NCBI GenBank assembly: GCA_034110895.1
Contig: JAWUYH010000025.1
Coordinates: forward strand, 671 to 64,670
Length of the DNA stretch: 64,000 nucleotides
Direction of reading: 5' to 3'
Source: Gammaproteobacteria bacterium
GTDB taxonomy: Bacteria > Pseudomonadota > Gammaproteobacteria > Nitrosococcales > Methylophagaceae
In this document: positions 40,046 through 48,441 of the stretch, one piece after another
Layout of the letters: the number at the start of each line of letters is the position of its first letter
Position numbering within the stretch: position 1 is the first letter of the stretch
Translations under genes and position numbers: made by a program
The notes under the pieces: generated by a model
Seen by the model: only the letters and a program-made list of their open reading frames with translations
Told to the model about the DNA's origin: nothing
Databases searched by the model: none

Positions 40046-42130
40046 TTATGTCGTTAATTGTTTATAAATGGTAGAAATTTGAATAGGTAACATTGCGATA
40101 TTGGAAATTAATCGGAAATGTTTCTTTCCAAGCATATAAGGTAAATAGTCCATAGCCTCCTGATCAAAGGTTAATACAAAAGGATTAATCTGTTGCGCTT
40201 TTGCTTCATTAAAAGCACGGCGAGTATCTTCAACACCATAATGGCCCCTATAACTATCAACGTCATCAGGTTTACCATCTGTCAGTACAAATAAAATTTT
40301 AGTTTTAGCATCAGTCTGTCTTAAGGTTTTACTCAAATGTCTGATAGCAGCGCCCATTCGTGTATATTGCTGTGCTTCAAGAGATAAAATACGCTGTTTA
40401 ATATGATCATTATAGTTTTCATCAAACTTTTTTATAGGATAAATGTGGCACTGTTCGCGGCCTGAACCAGAAAACGCATAAATAGCATACTGATCATTTA
40501 GCTTAGCTAATGTGCGAGATAATAACCAGGTTGATTGCTTGATGATTTTATTTTTCCAGCCGGCGGTTGAGCCACTAATATCAACCGCAAACATAATGGC
40601 AACACTGCGACTATTTTTATTGTTTCTAATATAAAGGTTTTGAAAGTCATCAGCATGTTTTGTTTTATTTGATTTAGCACTAACCCATGCATCAATATCT
40701 ATGTCATCACCGTCACTTTGATAGCGAATAAGTTTTTGATCGTTAATCACTAGATCTAAAGCTTTCTTAATACGATATTCAAAAAACTTCAATTCAGGAT
40801 CATCAATGGTTTGTATTTGCTCATTTTGTAGTTCGATAGGAATTTCTCGAATTCGGCACCAGTCAGTTCGATATTGATTGATCGATGTATCCCATTCCGG
40901 GTATAGATAAGTGTTTTGTTTCTGTTCGTCTCTTAATTTTTCTTGTTTTTGTTGGTGATTTTCAACTTTACCAGCAAGATCTTGCCAAATATCAACTTGT
41001 GATTGACTGGCACTGCTTGGGGCATCTGAGTTGGCATTATGTTTAAAGTAGACACGTTGAGAATCTTGACTATTCTCTTCCTCCTGAGCTATTTCCTCAT
41101 CAGGATTATAAATATTCATATGCACTGGCTGCTTGGTAGTTATTTCTGTTGAATCGTAGATTAATTTTTCAGGTGAAAAATTACTTTGATAAGGTAGACT
41201 AGTAAAATTATTTTGTTTATTAGCCAGTTTCTTCACTAAGGCAATACTATCAAACACGGTAGTTTCTGCGCTGTTAGTCAAGGTTAGTTCAGGATAATCA
41301 TCAATACCTAGCTGCTGCTGTAATTTAATAATATTTTTCCAAATACCTGGAAACTTATGTTTAAGATGTTGATCTATTCTTAAGGTTTCTACTGTTGAAA
41401 ATAAATCAAGGAAGTCATCCCCATATTCAACAACGCCTTGTTTTATTTCCTCTACAGCCAGGTTTGTTTGGCATTCGATTTGACCTAGTTGATGAAAAGC
41501 AATGATTTTATAGAGCAAATAGTTATCCTGATAATTGTCAAATAAGCTAATTGATTCAGGTAGAAAAATACTTTTCCCATTGGTGTATGGTTTATCTTCG
41601 ATGGTGTGATCTAAACGAACTAATGTGTATTCCTGTTCGGTAATAGAAAAGATAAGTTTTTCTAAAATATCAGCAACATTGACGAATTGTGTGGTGGATG
41701 TATTTATTTGAGATTTAAAATCAGTGTAGTTATCGATAAGACTGTTAGCTTTTACTGTCTCCTTTGCACTTACAGCTTCAATAAGTTGTTCTATCCATTG
41801 TTGGTGTTGTGACGTATCCATTATAGTTAATGCAGGTTCGTAGACAAGCATCATAGAATAAGCATGCTCCATAGAGATATCTGCAAGTTGTTCGAGTCGA
41901 TTTAAAAATTCAGATTGTGAGAGATGGCTTAGTTTAGCCAGTTGAGTTACTGGAGCCATGATCGATTCTTTACTTTTAATATCAGTCAAAATCAATTCAA
42001 TACGAATTTTCAACTCTGTTGTGCTCATACCTCCACAAGAACCCGTTTGTTTAGATTCTAATAAGGCGATACGGCCCTTGTTATTTATTGGTATTGCTTT
42101 CTTTTTAAACCAATCACTAATGAACTTCAT
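40046..42130 (-). CDS. CbbO/NorD-like protein with C-terminal von Willebrand factor A domain
   Basis: 694 aa. C-terminal VWA with MIDAS-like VDISGST...S.G...TDG (LTDGKPDD). Lies 5 nt upstream of the CbbQ/NorQ-like gene, the usual pairing. Confidence 0.75.
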   Translation of the reverse strand: MKFISDWFKKKAIPINNKGRIALLESKQTGSCGGMSTTELKIRIELILTDIKSKESIMAPVTQLAKLSHLSQSEFLNRLEQLADISMEHAYSMMLVYEPALTIMDTSQHQQWIEQLIEAVSAKETVKANSLIDNYTDFKSQINTSTTQFVNVADILEKLIFSITEQEYTLVRLDHTIEDKPYTNGKSIFLPESISLFDNYQDNYLLYKIIAFHQLGQIECQTNLAVEEIKQGVVEYGDDFLDLFSTVETLRIDQHLKHKFPGIWKNIIKLQQQLGIDDYPELTLTNSAETTVFDSIALVKKLANKQNNFTSLPYQSNFSPEKLIYDSTEITTKQPVHMNIYNPDEEIAQEEENSQDSQRVYFKHNANSDAPSSASQSQVDIWQDLAGKVENHQQKQEKLRDEQKQNTYLYPEWDTSINQYRTDWCRIREIPIELQNEQIQTIDDPELKFFEYRIKKALDLVINDQKLIRYQSDGDDIDIDAWVSAKSNKTKHADDFQNLYIRNNKNSRSVAIMFAVDISGSTAGWKNKIIKQSTWLLSRTLAKLNDQYAIYAFSGSGREQCHIYPIKKFDENYNDHIKQRILSLEAQQYTRMGAAIRHLSKTLRQTDAKTKILFVLTDGKPDDVDSYRGHYGVEDTRRAFNEAKAQQINPFVLTFDQEAMDYLPYMLGKKHFRLISNIAMLPIQISTIYKQLTT

Positions 42131-42245
42131 TAGATTTATCCACTGAACTATAAATGAAAATTAAGCATGATGGATAGCTGCTGAGTTGTTAATACGTAGT
42201 TTTACTTAATGTGTGAGCTATCGTTAAGGTATATTGTGATAGTTA

Positions 42246-42294
42246 TGTGACAGTTAACGTATAAATTGGCTAATGTTAACGTATAATGTGACAG
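42246..42294. promoter_or_regulatory. Permuted direct repeats TGTGACAG and GTTAACGTATAA in the divergent intergenic region
   Basis: GTTAACGTATAA at 42253..42264 and 42275..42286 (22-bp spacing). TGTGACAG at 42246..42253 and 42287..42294. Variant TGTGATAG at 42235..42242. Confidence 0.4.
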
Positions 42295-42493
42295 ATTATG
42301 GTAGAGATTAAATTTAGCTCGACAATAGATGGCATTTACTAAACATTTGAGCAATTAGTAAACTATATTTATGCTAAGTTGGCTATGTCATAACATACTG
42401 AAAATGAACTTAAATCGATAAAAAAGTGGTCAGTAAGGATATATACGTATACCCAAGAGACCATTAGAAACATACAGTATATGCCAGTTGAGG

Positions 42494-42518
42494 GATTTTC
42501 TATCTAGTCTAGAAAATC
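42494..42518. promoter_or_regulatory. Perfect 9-bp inverted repeat GATTTTCTA-N7-TAGAAAATC about 70 bp upstream of the AlkB-like start
   Basis: Read directly at 42494..42502 / 42510..42518. A 10-bp palindrome TATACGTATA lies at 42442..42451. Operator-like geometry. Confidence 0.35.
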
Positions 42519-42585
42519 GACGGTCATTAGACCGATAAACTTCAATGTGAATTTATAATTATAATTGTCCGGGAGACTAAATGTC

Positions 42586-43770
42586 ATGAAAAAGATTTTG
42601 ATTAATTTAAGGTATTTCTTGGCACCAATACTCATACTAGTAAGTATGGTTGGTGTATTAGTAGGGGGCCCATTTGTATGGGTCGGTGTCATATTATTTG
42701 GGGTAGGTATAGTTCTTGATACCGCAAGTATGAATTTCCACACTAAAGGCGCTGGATTTGATAAAAATGGTGATACCAACGGTATGGCTGGAATGCAAAA
42801 CGCTGTAATGTACATCATGTTACCTGTGTTTGCTCTTTTACAGCTTGCACTAGCATGGCGCGTTTTTGAATATGTTAACGGTGTGCCAATGGCATCTGAA
42901 ATGTTCATGGGTATACCTGTTCAAATTGGTATTACAGGTTCTCAGCTAGTCGGTGCAACATTGTCGACTGGTATCTTTGCAGGAATCGGTATTATCTATG
43001 GTCATGAATTAGCTCATACAAAAGGTTTTAGTTTTGTAATTTCTAGATTGATGATGGGTTTAAGTGGTGCAGCTCATTTTTGTTACGCTCACGTATACAA
43101 TCATCATTTAGAGTTAGCTCATCAAGATGATCCAGCAACATCACCACGCGGTCGTTCTATCTATAGACATTTCTGGTTATCTCACATGGGACAATCAAAA
43201 TTCCTCTATAAAATGGAATCAGTACGTTTAGCTAAGTTAGGAAAATCTTTTATCTCTCTAGATAATAGATGGATCCGTGGTTATTTCATGAGCCTTCCAA
43301 CTATGATTCTGTTTGCATGGGTAGGTGGTCCAATCGGTATCGCATGCATGTTCTTAGTTTGGACAGTATCAAACTTTGAATTAGAAGCGCTTAACTACAT
43401 GGAACATTACGGTCTTATTCGTGAAAAAGGTCAACCTATTGATTATCGCCACTCTTGGGATAATGACAATATGTTTACAAGCTGGTTCTTTATCGAAATT
43501 GGTCGTCAAGGTGATCACCATGACCGTGGAGAAACACACTTTTGGGAATTGGATGAAGTAGGCTCACCTAATCCAGGTTGGGGATATTTCACTGAATTCA
43601 CAATCGCTTTGATTCCACCATTATGGCACTCTGTTTACAAGAAAAAATTAGCAACATGGGACAGAGACTTTGCGTCAGAAGGTGAATTAGCTATAGCAAG
43701 AAAAGTGAATGCACAAGCTAACTATGAAGTGGAAAATGAAAACTCTCCAGCATCATACGCAAAAATTTAG
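42586..43770 (+). CDS. AlkB/XylM-family integral-membrane di-iron hydroxylase (fatty-acid-desaturase superfamily)
   Basis: Boxes GHELAHT, HVYNHHLELAHQDDPATSPRG, NYMEHYGL, HSWDN, GRQGDHH align by eye with P. putida AlkB. Multiple TM segments. RBS gggaga precedes ATG 42586. Confidence 0.85.
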   Translation: MKKILINLRYFLAPILILVSMVGVLVGGPFVWVGVILFGVGIVLDTASMNFHTKGAGFDKNGDTNGMAGMQNAVMYIMLPVFALLQLALAWRVFEYVNGVPMASEMFMGIPVQIGITGSQLVGATLSTGIFAGIGIIYGHELAHTKGFSFVISRLMMGLSGAAHFCYAHVYNHHLELAHQDDPATSPRGRSIYRHFWLSHMGQSKFLYKMESVRLAKLGKSFISLDNRWIRGYFMSLPTMILFAWVGGPIGIACMFLVWTVSNFELEALNYMEHYGLIREKGQPIDYRHSWDNDNMFTSWFFIEIGRQGDHHDRGETHFWELDEVGSPNPGWGYFTEFTIALIPPLWHSVYKKKLATWDRDFASEGELAIARKVNAQANYEVENENSPASYAKI

Positions 43771-43777
43771 TTAAAAC

Positions 43778-43808
43778 GCAGCTGGGATGTTGTCCCAGCT
43801 GCTTTTTT
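43778..43808 (+). terminator. Rho-independent terminator-like hairpin immediately after the AlkB-like gene
   Basis: Perfect 10-bp GC-rich stem gcagctggga/tcccagctgc, 5-nt loop, then T6. Confidence 0.75.
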
Positions 43809-43826
43809 AAATAAATGAGGTGATTT

Positions 43827-44189
43827 ATGAGTGAAGAAAGTTTATACGATAGATTAGGTGGTCACGATGCATTGGTGGCTTTAGCAAGAACTACGTTTAA
43901 TAATCATTGTAAAAATGATTTGATCAAAAATAGATATGTGAATAGTGATCCAGAAGAAGTTGTTAGAAAAGTTGGCGAGTTTATGTGTGCAGGTTTTGGT
44001 GGTAAAGAAGCCTACACGGGTGATGATATGCTAACGGCTCATACAGGAATGAACATTTCAGAAGAAGAGTTTAACGCCGTTGTTGACGATGTTATGAAAG
44101 CACTTGAAACACATAATGCAGGCCAAAGAGAGAAAGATGAAATCTTAGCGGCTTTATGGTCAATGCGTCCTGAAATTGTTCACGTTTAA
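43827..44189 (+). CDS. Truncated haemoglobin (2-on-2 globin), cytoplasmic
   Basis: 120 aa. N-terminal LYDRLGG and ...MLTAHTGMNISEEEFNAVVDDVMKAL are typical trHb helices (proximal His region). Confidence 0.8.
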   Translation: MSEESLYDRLGGHDALVALARTTFNNHCKNDLIKNRYVNSDPEEVVRKVGEFMCAGFGGKEAYTGDDMLTAHTGMNISEEEFNAVVDDVMKALETHNAGQREKDEILAALWSMRPEIVHV

Positions 44190-44214
44190 TTAACCCACTC
44201 CAAGGAGCATCGAT

Positions 44215-44400
44215 ATGAAACTTAATTGGGATAGTGAAGTATGTCAACATGCAGGCGTTTGCGTAACAAAGTTTGCTCATGTTTATTCAATAGAAGATGG
44301 TTCATTTTTAATTGATACTTCAACAGCGACTGATGAAGAATTAAAGATGAGTATAGCTCAATGCCCATCGGGTGCAATCTCAAGTTCAGCCGAAGACTAA
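44215..44400 (+). CDS. YjdI-like 'divergent 4Fe-4S mono-cluster' small iron-sulfur protein
   Basis: 61 aa. VCQHAGVCV ... AQCPSGAIS parallels E. coli YjdI ICQHSGNCV ... CPSGAL. Confidence 0.55.
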   Translation: MKLNWDSEVCQHAGVCVTKFAHVYSIEDGSFLIDTSTATDEELKMSIAQCPSGAISSSAED

Positions 44401-44453
44401 AAATATAACAATAACTATAAAAATAATTAATAACCACTAGGGGAGAGAGAACA

Positions 44454-45140
44454 ATGGCAATAGGTGATCATCTAGCAGATGTAAAAATACTTTATGGTGT
44501 AGCAGGTTGTGCACAAACAAGCAAATGTCTATTTGTAGCAGCTGAAAAAGGCATCGATATTGATGGCCGAGCACTTGATGTGAATTCAGCCACAGACATG
44601 GCACAAATCAAAGCGGGTTCACCGTTTGATATTTTACCAGTACTAAAAGATGTAGATTTCTATGTATATGGTACCGAAGCAATATTGTCATATCTTGATG
44701 ACAAGGGTTTTGGTAATTCGCTAGTACCTAGAAATGGAGTTGCAAGAGCTCAACAATACCAATGGATTGGGGTTGCTCAGCATGTGTTTGCTCCAGAAGT
44801 AAAAAAAATCAGTGATGGGAATTCAGATAGTGTCGCACTAGAAAATGTGAAAGGCATTTTAGCTAATCTTGAAAATCAGCTTACGAGTAAACCACAACGT
44901 GGAGATTATATCGTTGGTGATTTAACCTTAGCAGATATTCACTGGGCTCCTTATATCCATAGCTGTTGCTTGTATGGCAATGAAGCACTTATTGATGCTT
45001 TACCTGCTGTTAAAAAGTGGTGGTCACATATGAAAGTAAGAAAGAGTACGAGTAAAGAAAATTATGTTGCTTACACGGTATTACCATCACTCGATGAAAT
45101 TCGTAACAACATAGTACGTTCAGTCAGTATCAATGCATAA
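44454..45140 (+). CDS. GST-fold protein, paralogue C
   Basis: KILYGVAGCAQTSKCLFVAAEKGIDI, LPVLKD...YGTEAILSYLDDKGFGNSLVPR, LADIHW, C-terminal VLPSLDEIRNN. Confidence 0.6.
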   Translation: MAIGDHLADVKILYGVAGCAQTSKCLFVAAEKGIDIDGRALDVNSATDMAQIKAGSPFDILPVLKDVDFYVYGTEAILSYLDDKGFGNSLVPRNGVARAQQYQWIGVAQHVFAPEVKKISDGNSDSVALENVKGILANLENQLTSKPQRGDYIVGDLTLADIHWAPYIHSCCLYGNEALIDALPAVKKWWSHMKVRKSTSKENYVAYTVLPSLDEIRNNIVRSVSINA

Positions 45141-45178
45141 TATTGATACTTCATTTTAATAATTAATGGGTAGAATTA

Positions 45179-46246
45179 ATGTTCGGATTTTTCAAAAATA
45201 AAAAGCTAGACTACGAAGTAAAAATTAATTCAGGCAATACCCTGGTAGTCAAGGCCGGTGACAACTTGTTAAAAGCAGCCTTACAGGCTGATATTGCATG
45301 GCCTCACGACTGTCGAGTTGGCAGTTGTGGGACCTGTAAATGCAAACTTGTTGACGGCAAAATAAAAGCACTCGCTGATTTCAGTTATGTTTTAGAGGGT
45401 GAAGAGTTACGAGATGGTTATATTTTAGCGTGTCAAACTCAATTAAGATCAGATGTTTCAGTCGAAGTTGCATTGCTTTCTGACAGCGAAAAACAAAGCC
45501 ATTGGGAATCAGATGCTGTAATTACAACTATCAATGATCTTACACATGATATTAAAGAGGTCATAGTTGAGATTGATGTTAATGAGCTGCCTAAAGGTGT
45601 CAGTCTATTTAAAGCCGGCCAGTATGCCGATCTGAAAATACCTGAGTTAAGCGAAGGCAGAAATTATTCATTTGCTTCAGCACCACATGAAAATCAAAAC
45701 CAATTTAAGTTTTATATTAGACACGTACCCGGTGGTGAGTTTACTGACTGGTTATTCGACACCGATCGAACAGGTCAAGCTCTTAAGATGTCAGGGCCTT
45801 TTGGTGTGTTTGGTCTAAAAGAAGATAAGCTACCAATGACATGTATTGCAGGCGGTAGCGGCATGAGTGCAGTCATCAGTGTCTTACAACAGGCACTGTC
45901 GTCTGGAGTAAAACGCAATGTACGTTTCTTATTTGGAGCAAGAACTGAAGCAGATCTTTATTGTGGAGATTTGATTGATCAATTAGCTGCAGATTGGAAA
46001 AAGAAAGGCTTAGGGACATTTGAATATTTACCATGCCTATCACAAGAACCAGAAGCTAGTGCATGGCAGGGCCGAAGAGGTTCTTGCATAGATTATATTG
46101 TTGAAGAGGGTGTCAAACTTTCTGGACAAGCTTATTTATGTGGACCACCTGGAATGATTGATGCCGGAATAAGTATCTTCGAAAAAAACGGCATAACAAA
46201 AGATGCAATATTCTTTGATAAATTTCTTGATAAGAGTAACCAATAA
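45179..46246 (+). CDS. XylA-type oxidoreductase: N-terminal plant-type 2Fe-2S ferredoxin fused to an FAD/NAD(P)H ferredoxin-reductase module
   Basis: CRVGSCGTCKC...ACQT cluster ligands. RNYSFAS flavin motif. GGSGMS and CGPPGM nucleotide-binding motifs. Confidence 0.85.
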   Translation: MFGFFKNKKLDYEVKINSGNTLVVKAGDNLLKAALQADIAWPHDCRVGSCGTCKCKLVDGKIKALADFSYVLEGEELRDGYILACQTQLRSDVSVEVALLSDSEKQSHWESDAVITTINDLTHDIKEVIVEIDVNELPKGVSLFKAGQYADLKIPELSEGRNYSFASAPHENQNQFKFYIRHVPGGEFTDWLFDTDRTGQALKMSGPFGVFGLKEDKLPMTCIAGGSGMSAVISVLQQALSSGVKRNVRFLFGARTEADLYCGDLIDQLAADWKKKGLGTFEYLPCLSQEPEASAWQGRRGSCIDYIVEEGVKLSGQAYLCGPPGMIDAGISIFEKNGITKDAIFFDKFLDKSNQ

Positions 46247-46271
46247 ACTAATAGTTTGGGAGGAAAATACA

Positions 46272-46481
46272 ATGGCTTCATTTAAAGCATTGATAGTAAT
46301 GGCTATATGGACTGGAATCGTAGGGTATGGCTTGTATAGCGTAGGGGCACATCAAAGTGAAAACTATACTCAACCACTTTGGGCAATCGCAATTGGTACT
46401 GGTTTATTAGTAACGCATATTGTAAACATGGCGATTTATTTCAAAGTGGCAGGCGAAAGACCATTTGAGTGGATTAAATAA
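46272..46481 (+). CDS. Small two-TM membrane protein (69 aa)
   Basis: Strong RBS gggagga upstream of ATG 46272. Two hydrophobic helices (ALIVMAIWTGIVGYGLY; LWAIAIGTGLLVTHIV). No homology recognised. Confidence 0.45.
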   Translation: MASFKALIVMAIWTGIVGYGLYSVGAHQSENYTQPLWAIAIGTGLLVTHIVNMAIYFKVAGERPFEWIK

Positions 46482-46539
46482 AATAATTTAACCATTCGTT
46501 AAGTATACAAAAATAAATAAAATAATTTCGGGAGAGAGC

Positions 46540-47796
46540 ATGAATAATAAAAAATATTTAGCAATAGTGATTGCAGCATTAGCTGCCTCATCAACTGCAG
46601 TTGTAGCCGGTACAAACGGTACCGATTTAAATAATAACTTGTTGCCAGCAACGGGTGGTATGGGTGGAGCGAGTGTTGCTCGCACCGTAGAGCCAGCTGC
46701 AGCCGTATTTGGTAACCCTGCCAACTTAACTCAATATAATGAAGGCACTAGTTTTACCTTTGGTGCCACTTATTTTGACCATAATGTCGAAGGTAATGCA
46801 TCAGCTGCTTTTGGTGGTGCAGATATTAAGTCACAAACAAATCCTTATTTAGTACCCACCATTGCTATTACCCAAGCCTTTAGTGAAAACCTTGTAGCAG
46901 GTTTAGGCCTATCTGTAACTGCTGGTCTAGGTGCAGATTTTAGAGGAGAAGGTATTGGCGATCCTCTTAGTGAACTTATTGTGTTTAATGCAAATGTTGG
47001 TGCGGGTTACAAAGTAACAGAAAACTTATCATTGGGCGCTATGGCCACTATTGGTAATGGTTATTTTCAAGCCAGCACAAATGAAAATTCTGGCTCGACT
47101 CATAACTTTGGTTTTAGAGCAACAGTAGGCGGAAAATATGATATGGGCGCTACCAGTTTTGGTGCCTATTACAGAAGTGAACTGAAAATCCGCTACGATA
47201 ATTATATTTCTGATGGAGCCGGTAATTTCTGGGATGATCATGTAGCTCAACCAGCAGAAATAGCGTTTGGTGTTGCTAATAATAGTCTGATGGGCGGAGC
47301 CTTACAAGTTAATGCCGATGTTATTCATAAAGATTATTCTGGTGCTGCTTTCTACAAAGATTTCTATCGTGATCAAACCGTATTTAATTTAGGTGCTCAG
47401 TTAACGACTGGAAAGGCACAATGGCGCGTAGGTTATAGTCATGCTAGAGATCCAATTAAACGTAATCTTGATCCAGGTAATATTGGTATCGGTGGCAACG
47501 ATCCTATCCAAACCCCTTCAGCATTCGTACCATTATTTGGTCCACAGCTTCCTGTTACTGGTCCAGTCGTAGAGTATTTCCAAGCTACTAATGCAGCTGC
47601 TGTTTGGGAAAATACGGTTACCGCAGGTATGGGTTATCAACTAATGCCTAATATTAAAGTAGATATACATGCTGCATTTTCACTAGACAATGAAGAAGAT
47701 ATTGGTACTGCCAATAGTGCTCTCGGCGATAATGTTTGGACAATAGAAGCCTCAGCATGGCAAGCAGGCCTTGGTCTTACATGGTCTTTTAAATAA
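46540..47796 (+). CDS. FadL/TodX/XylN-type outer-membrane hydrophobic-compound channel
   Basis: Signal peptide. N-terminal hatch-like GGMGGASVARTVEPAAAVFGNPANLT. Beta-strand-rich with a terminal ...GLGLTWSF aromatic residue. Confidence 0.7.
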   Translation: MNNKKYLAIVIAALAASSTAVVAGTNGTDLNNNLLPATGGMGGASVARTVEPAAAVFGNPANLTQYNEGTSFTFGATYFDHNVEGNASAAFGGADIKSQTNPYLVPTIAITQAFSENLVAGLGLSVTAGLGADFRGEGIGDPLSELIVFNANVGAGYKVTENLSLGAMATIGNGYFQASTNENSGSTHNFGFRATVGGKYDMGATSFGAYYRSELKIRYDNYISDGAGNFWDDHVAQPAEIAFGVANNSLMGGALQVNADVIHKDYSGAAFYKDFYRDQTVFNLGAQLTTGKAQWRVGYSHARDPIKRNLDPGNIGIGGNDPIQTPSAFVPLFGPQLPVTGPVVEYFQATNAAAVWENTVTAGMGYQLMPNIKVDIHAAFSLDNEEDIGTANSALGDNVWTIEASAWQAGLGLTWSFK

Positions 47797-47817
47797 ACGA
47801 TAGGTTAGGAAATAGAT

Positions 47818-48309
47818 ATGAATACATTAATTAAAAGCATCGCAATCGCGGGAATAATGAGTACTTCATTTGCCGCGATGAATGTTGTTGCAGTAGAAGT
47901 AGCCGCTGAAATGCCAGCAGTAGCAGCACCATCACTTTATGAACGTATTGGTGGGGAAGTTGTATCAAGAGCCATTGTTGAAGATATTTGGACTAACCAT
48001 AGTAACAATCCTATTGTTAAAGGTCGCTTTCTTTATAGTGATGCTGAGCAAGTGAAAGAGCGCGTATTTGAAATATTTGCTGTAGCAACTGGTGGCGATG
48101 TTAAATATAACGGTATGGATTTAGCTGAAAGACATAGCAATATGAATATCAGTGATATGGAATTTAATGCTGCTGTAGATGATATTATGGCTGCATTGAC
48201 TAAAAACAATATTGCTCAAAAAGAAAAAGACGAAGTATTAGTCATTCTATGGTCAGTTAAACCTGCCATAGTTAACACTTTTATGACAACTGAAGCTTTA
48301 ACTAAATAA
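47818..48309 (+). CDS. Truncated haemoglobin with an N-terminal export signal
   Basis: Leader MNTLIKSIAIAGIMSTSFAAMNVVA followed by LYERIGG...AERHSNMNISDMEFNAAVDDIMAAL. Paralogous to 43827..44189. Confidence 0.75.
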   Translation: MNTLIKSIAIAGIMSTSFAAMNVVAVEVAAEMPAVAAPSLYERIGGEVVSRAIVEDIWTNHSNNPIVKGRFLYSDAEQVKERVFEIFAVATGGDVKYNGMDLAERHSNMNISDMEFNAAVDDIMAALTKNNIAQKEKDEVLVILWSVKPAIVNTFMTTEALTK

Positions 48310-48326
48310 ACAAAGTTTGGCTCACT

Positions 48327-48365
48327 AAAACCAACGTCTATATTTAATAGACGTTGGTTTTATTG
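48327..48365 (+). terminator. Rho-independent terminator
   Basis: aaaaccaacgtctat / atagacgttggtttt 15-bp stem, 5-nt loop, T-rich tail. Confidence 0.7.
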
Positions 48366-48441
48366 TTTTAAAGAACGAATATTGTATAACAGTCAAAATA
48401 ATCAGCTACATAAAGCTTACTTATCAATAGAGAGAATTATT

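Noticed and set aside
39225-42130. Annotating the AAA+/VWA pair as a RuBisCO activase (CbbQ/CbbO) or NO-reductase maturation factor (NorQ/NorD) proper
   Set aside because: No RuBisCO, carboxysome or norCB genes are in the window. The family assignment is kept, but the client is left open.
42504-42908. 134-aa minus-strand ORF overlapping the 5' end of the AlkB-like gene
   Set aside because: Antisense shadow of a motif-supported gene, with proline/threonine-rich composition.
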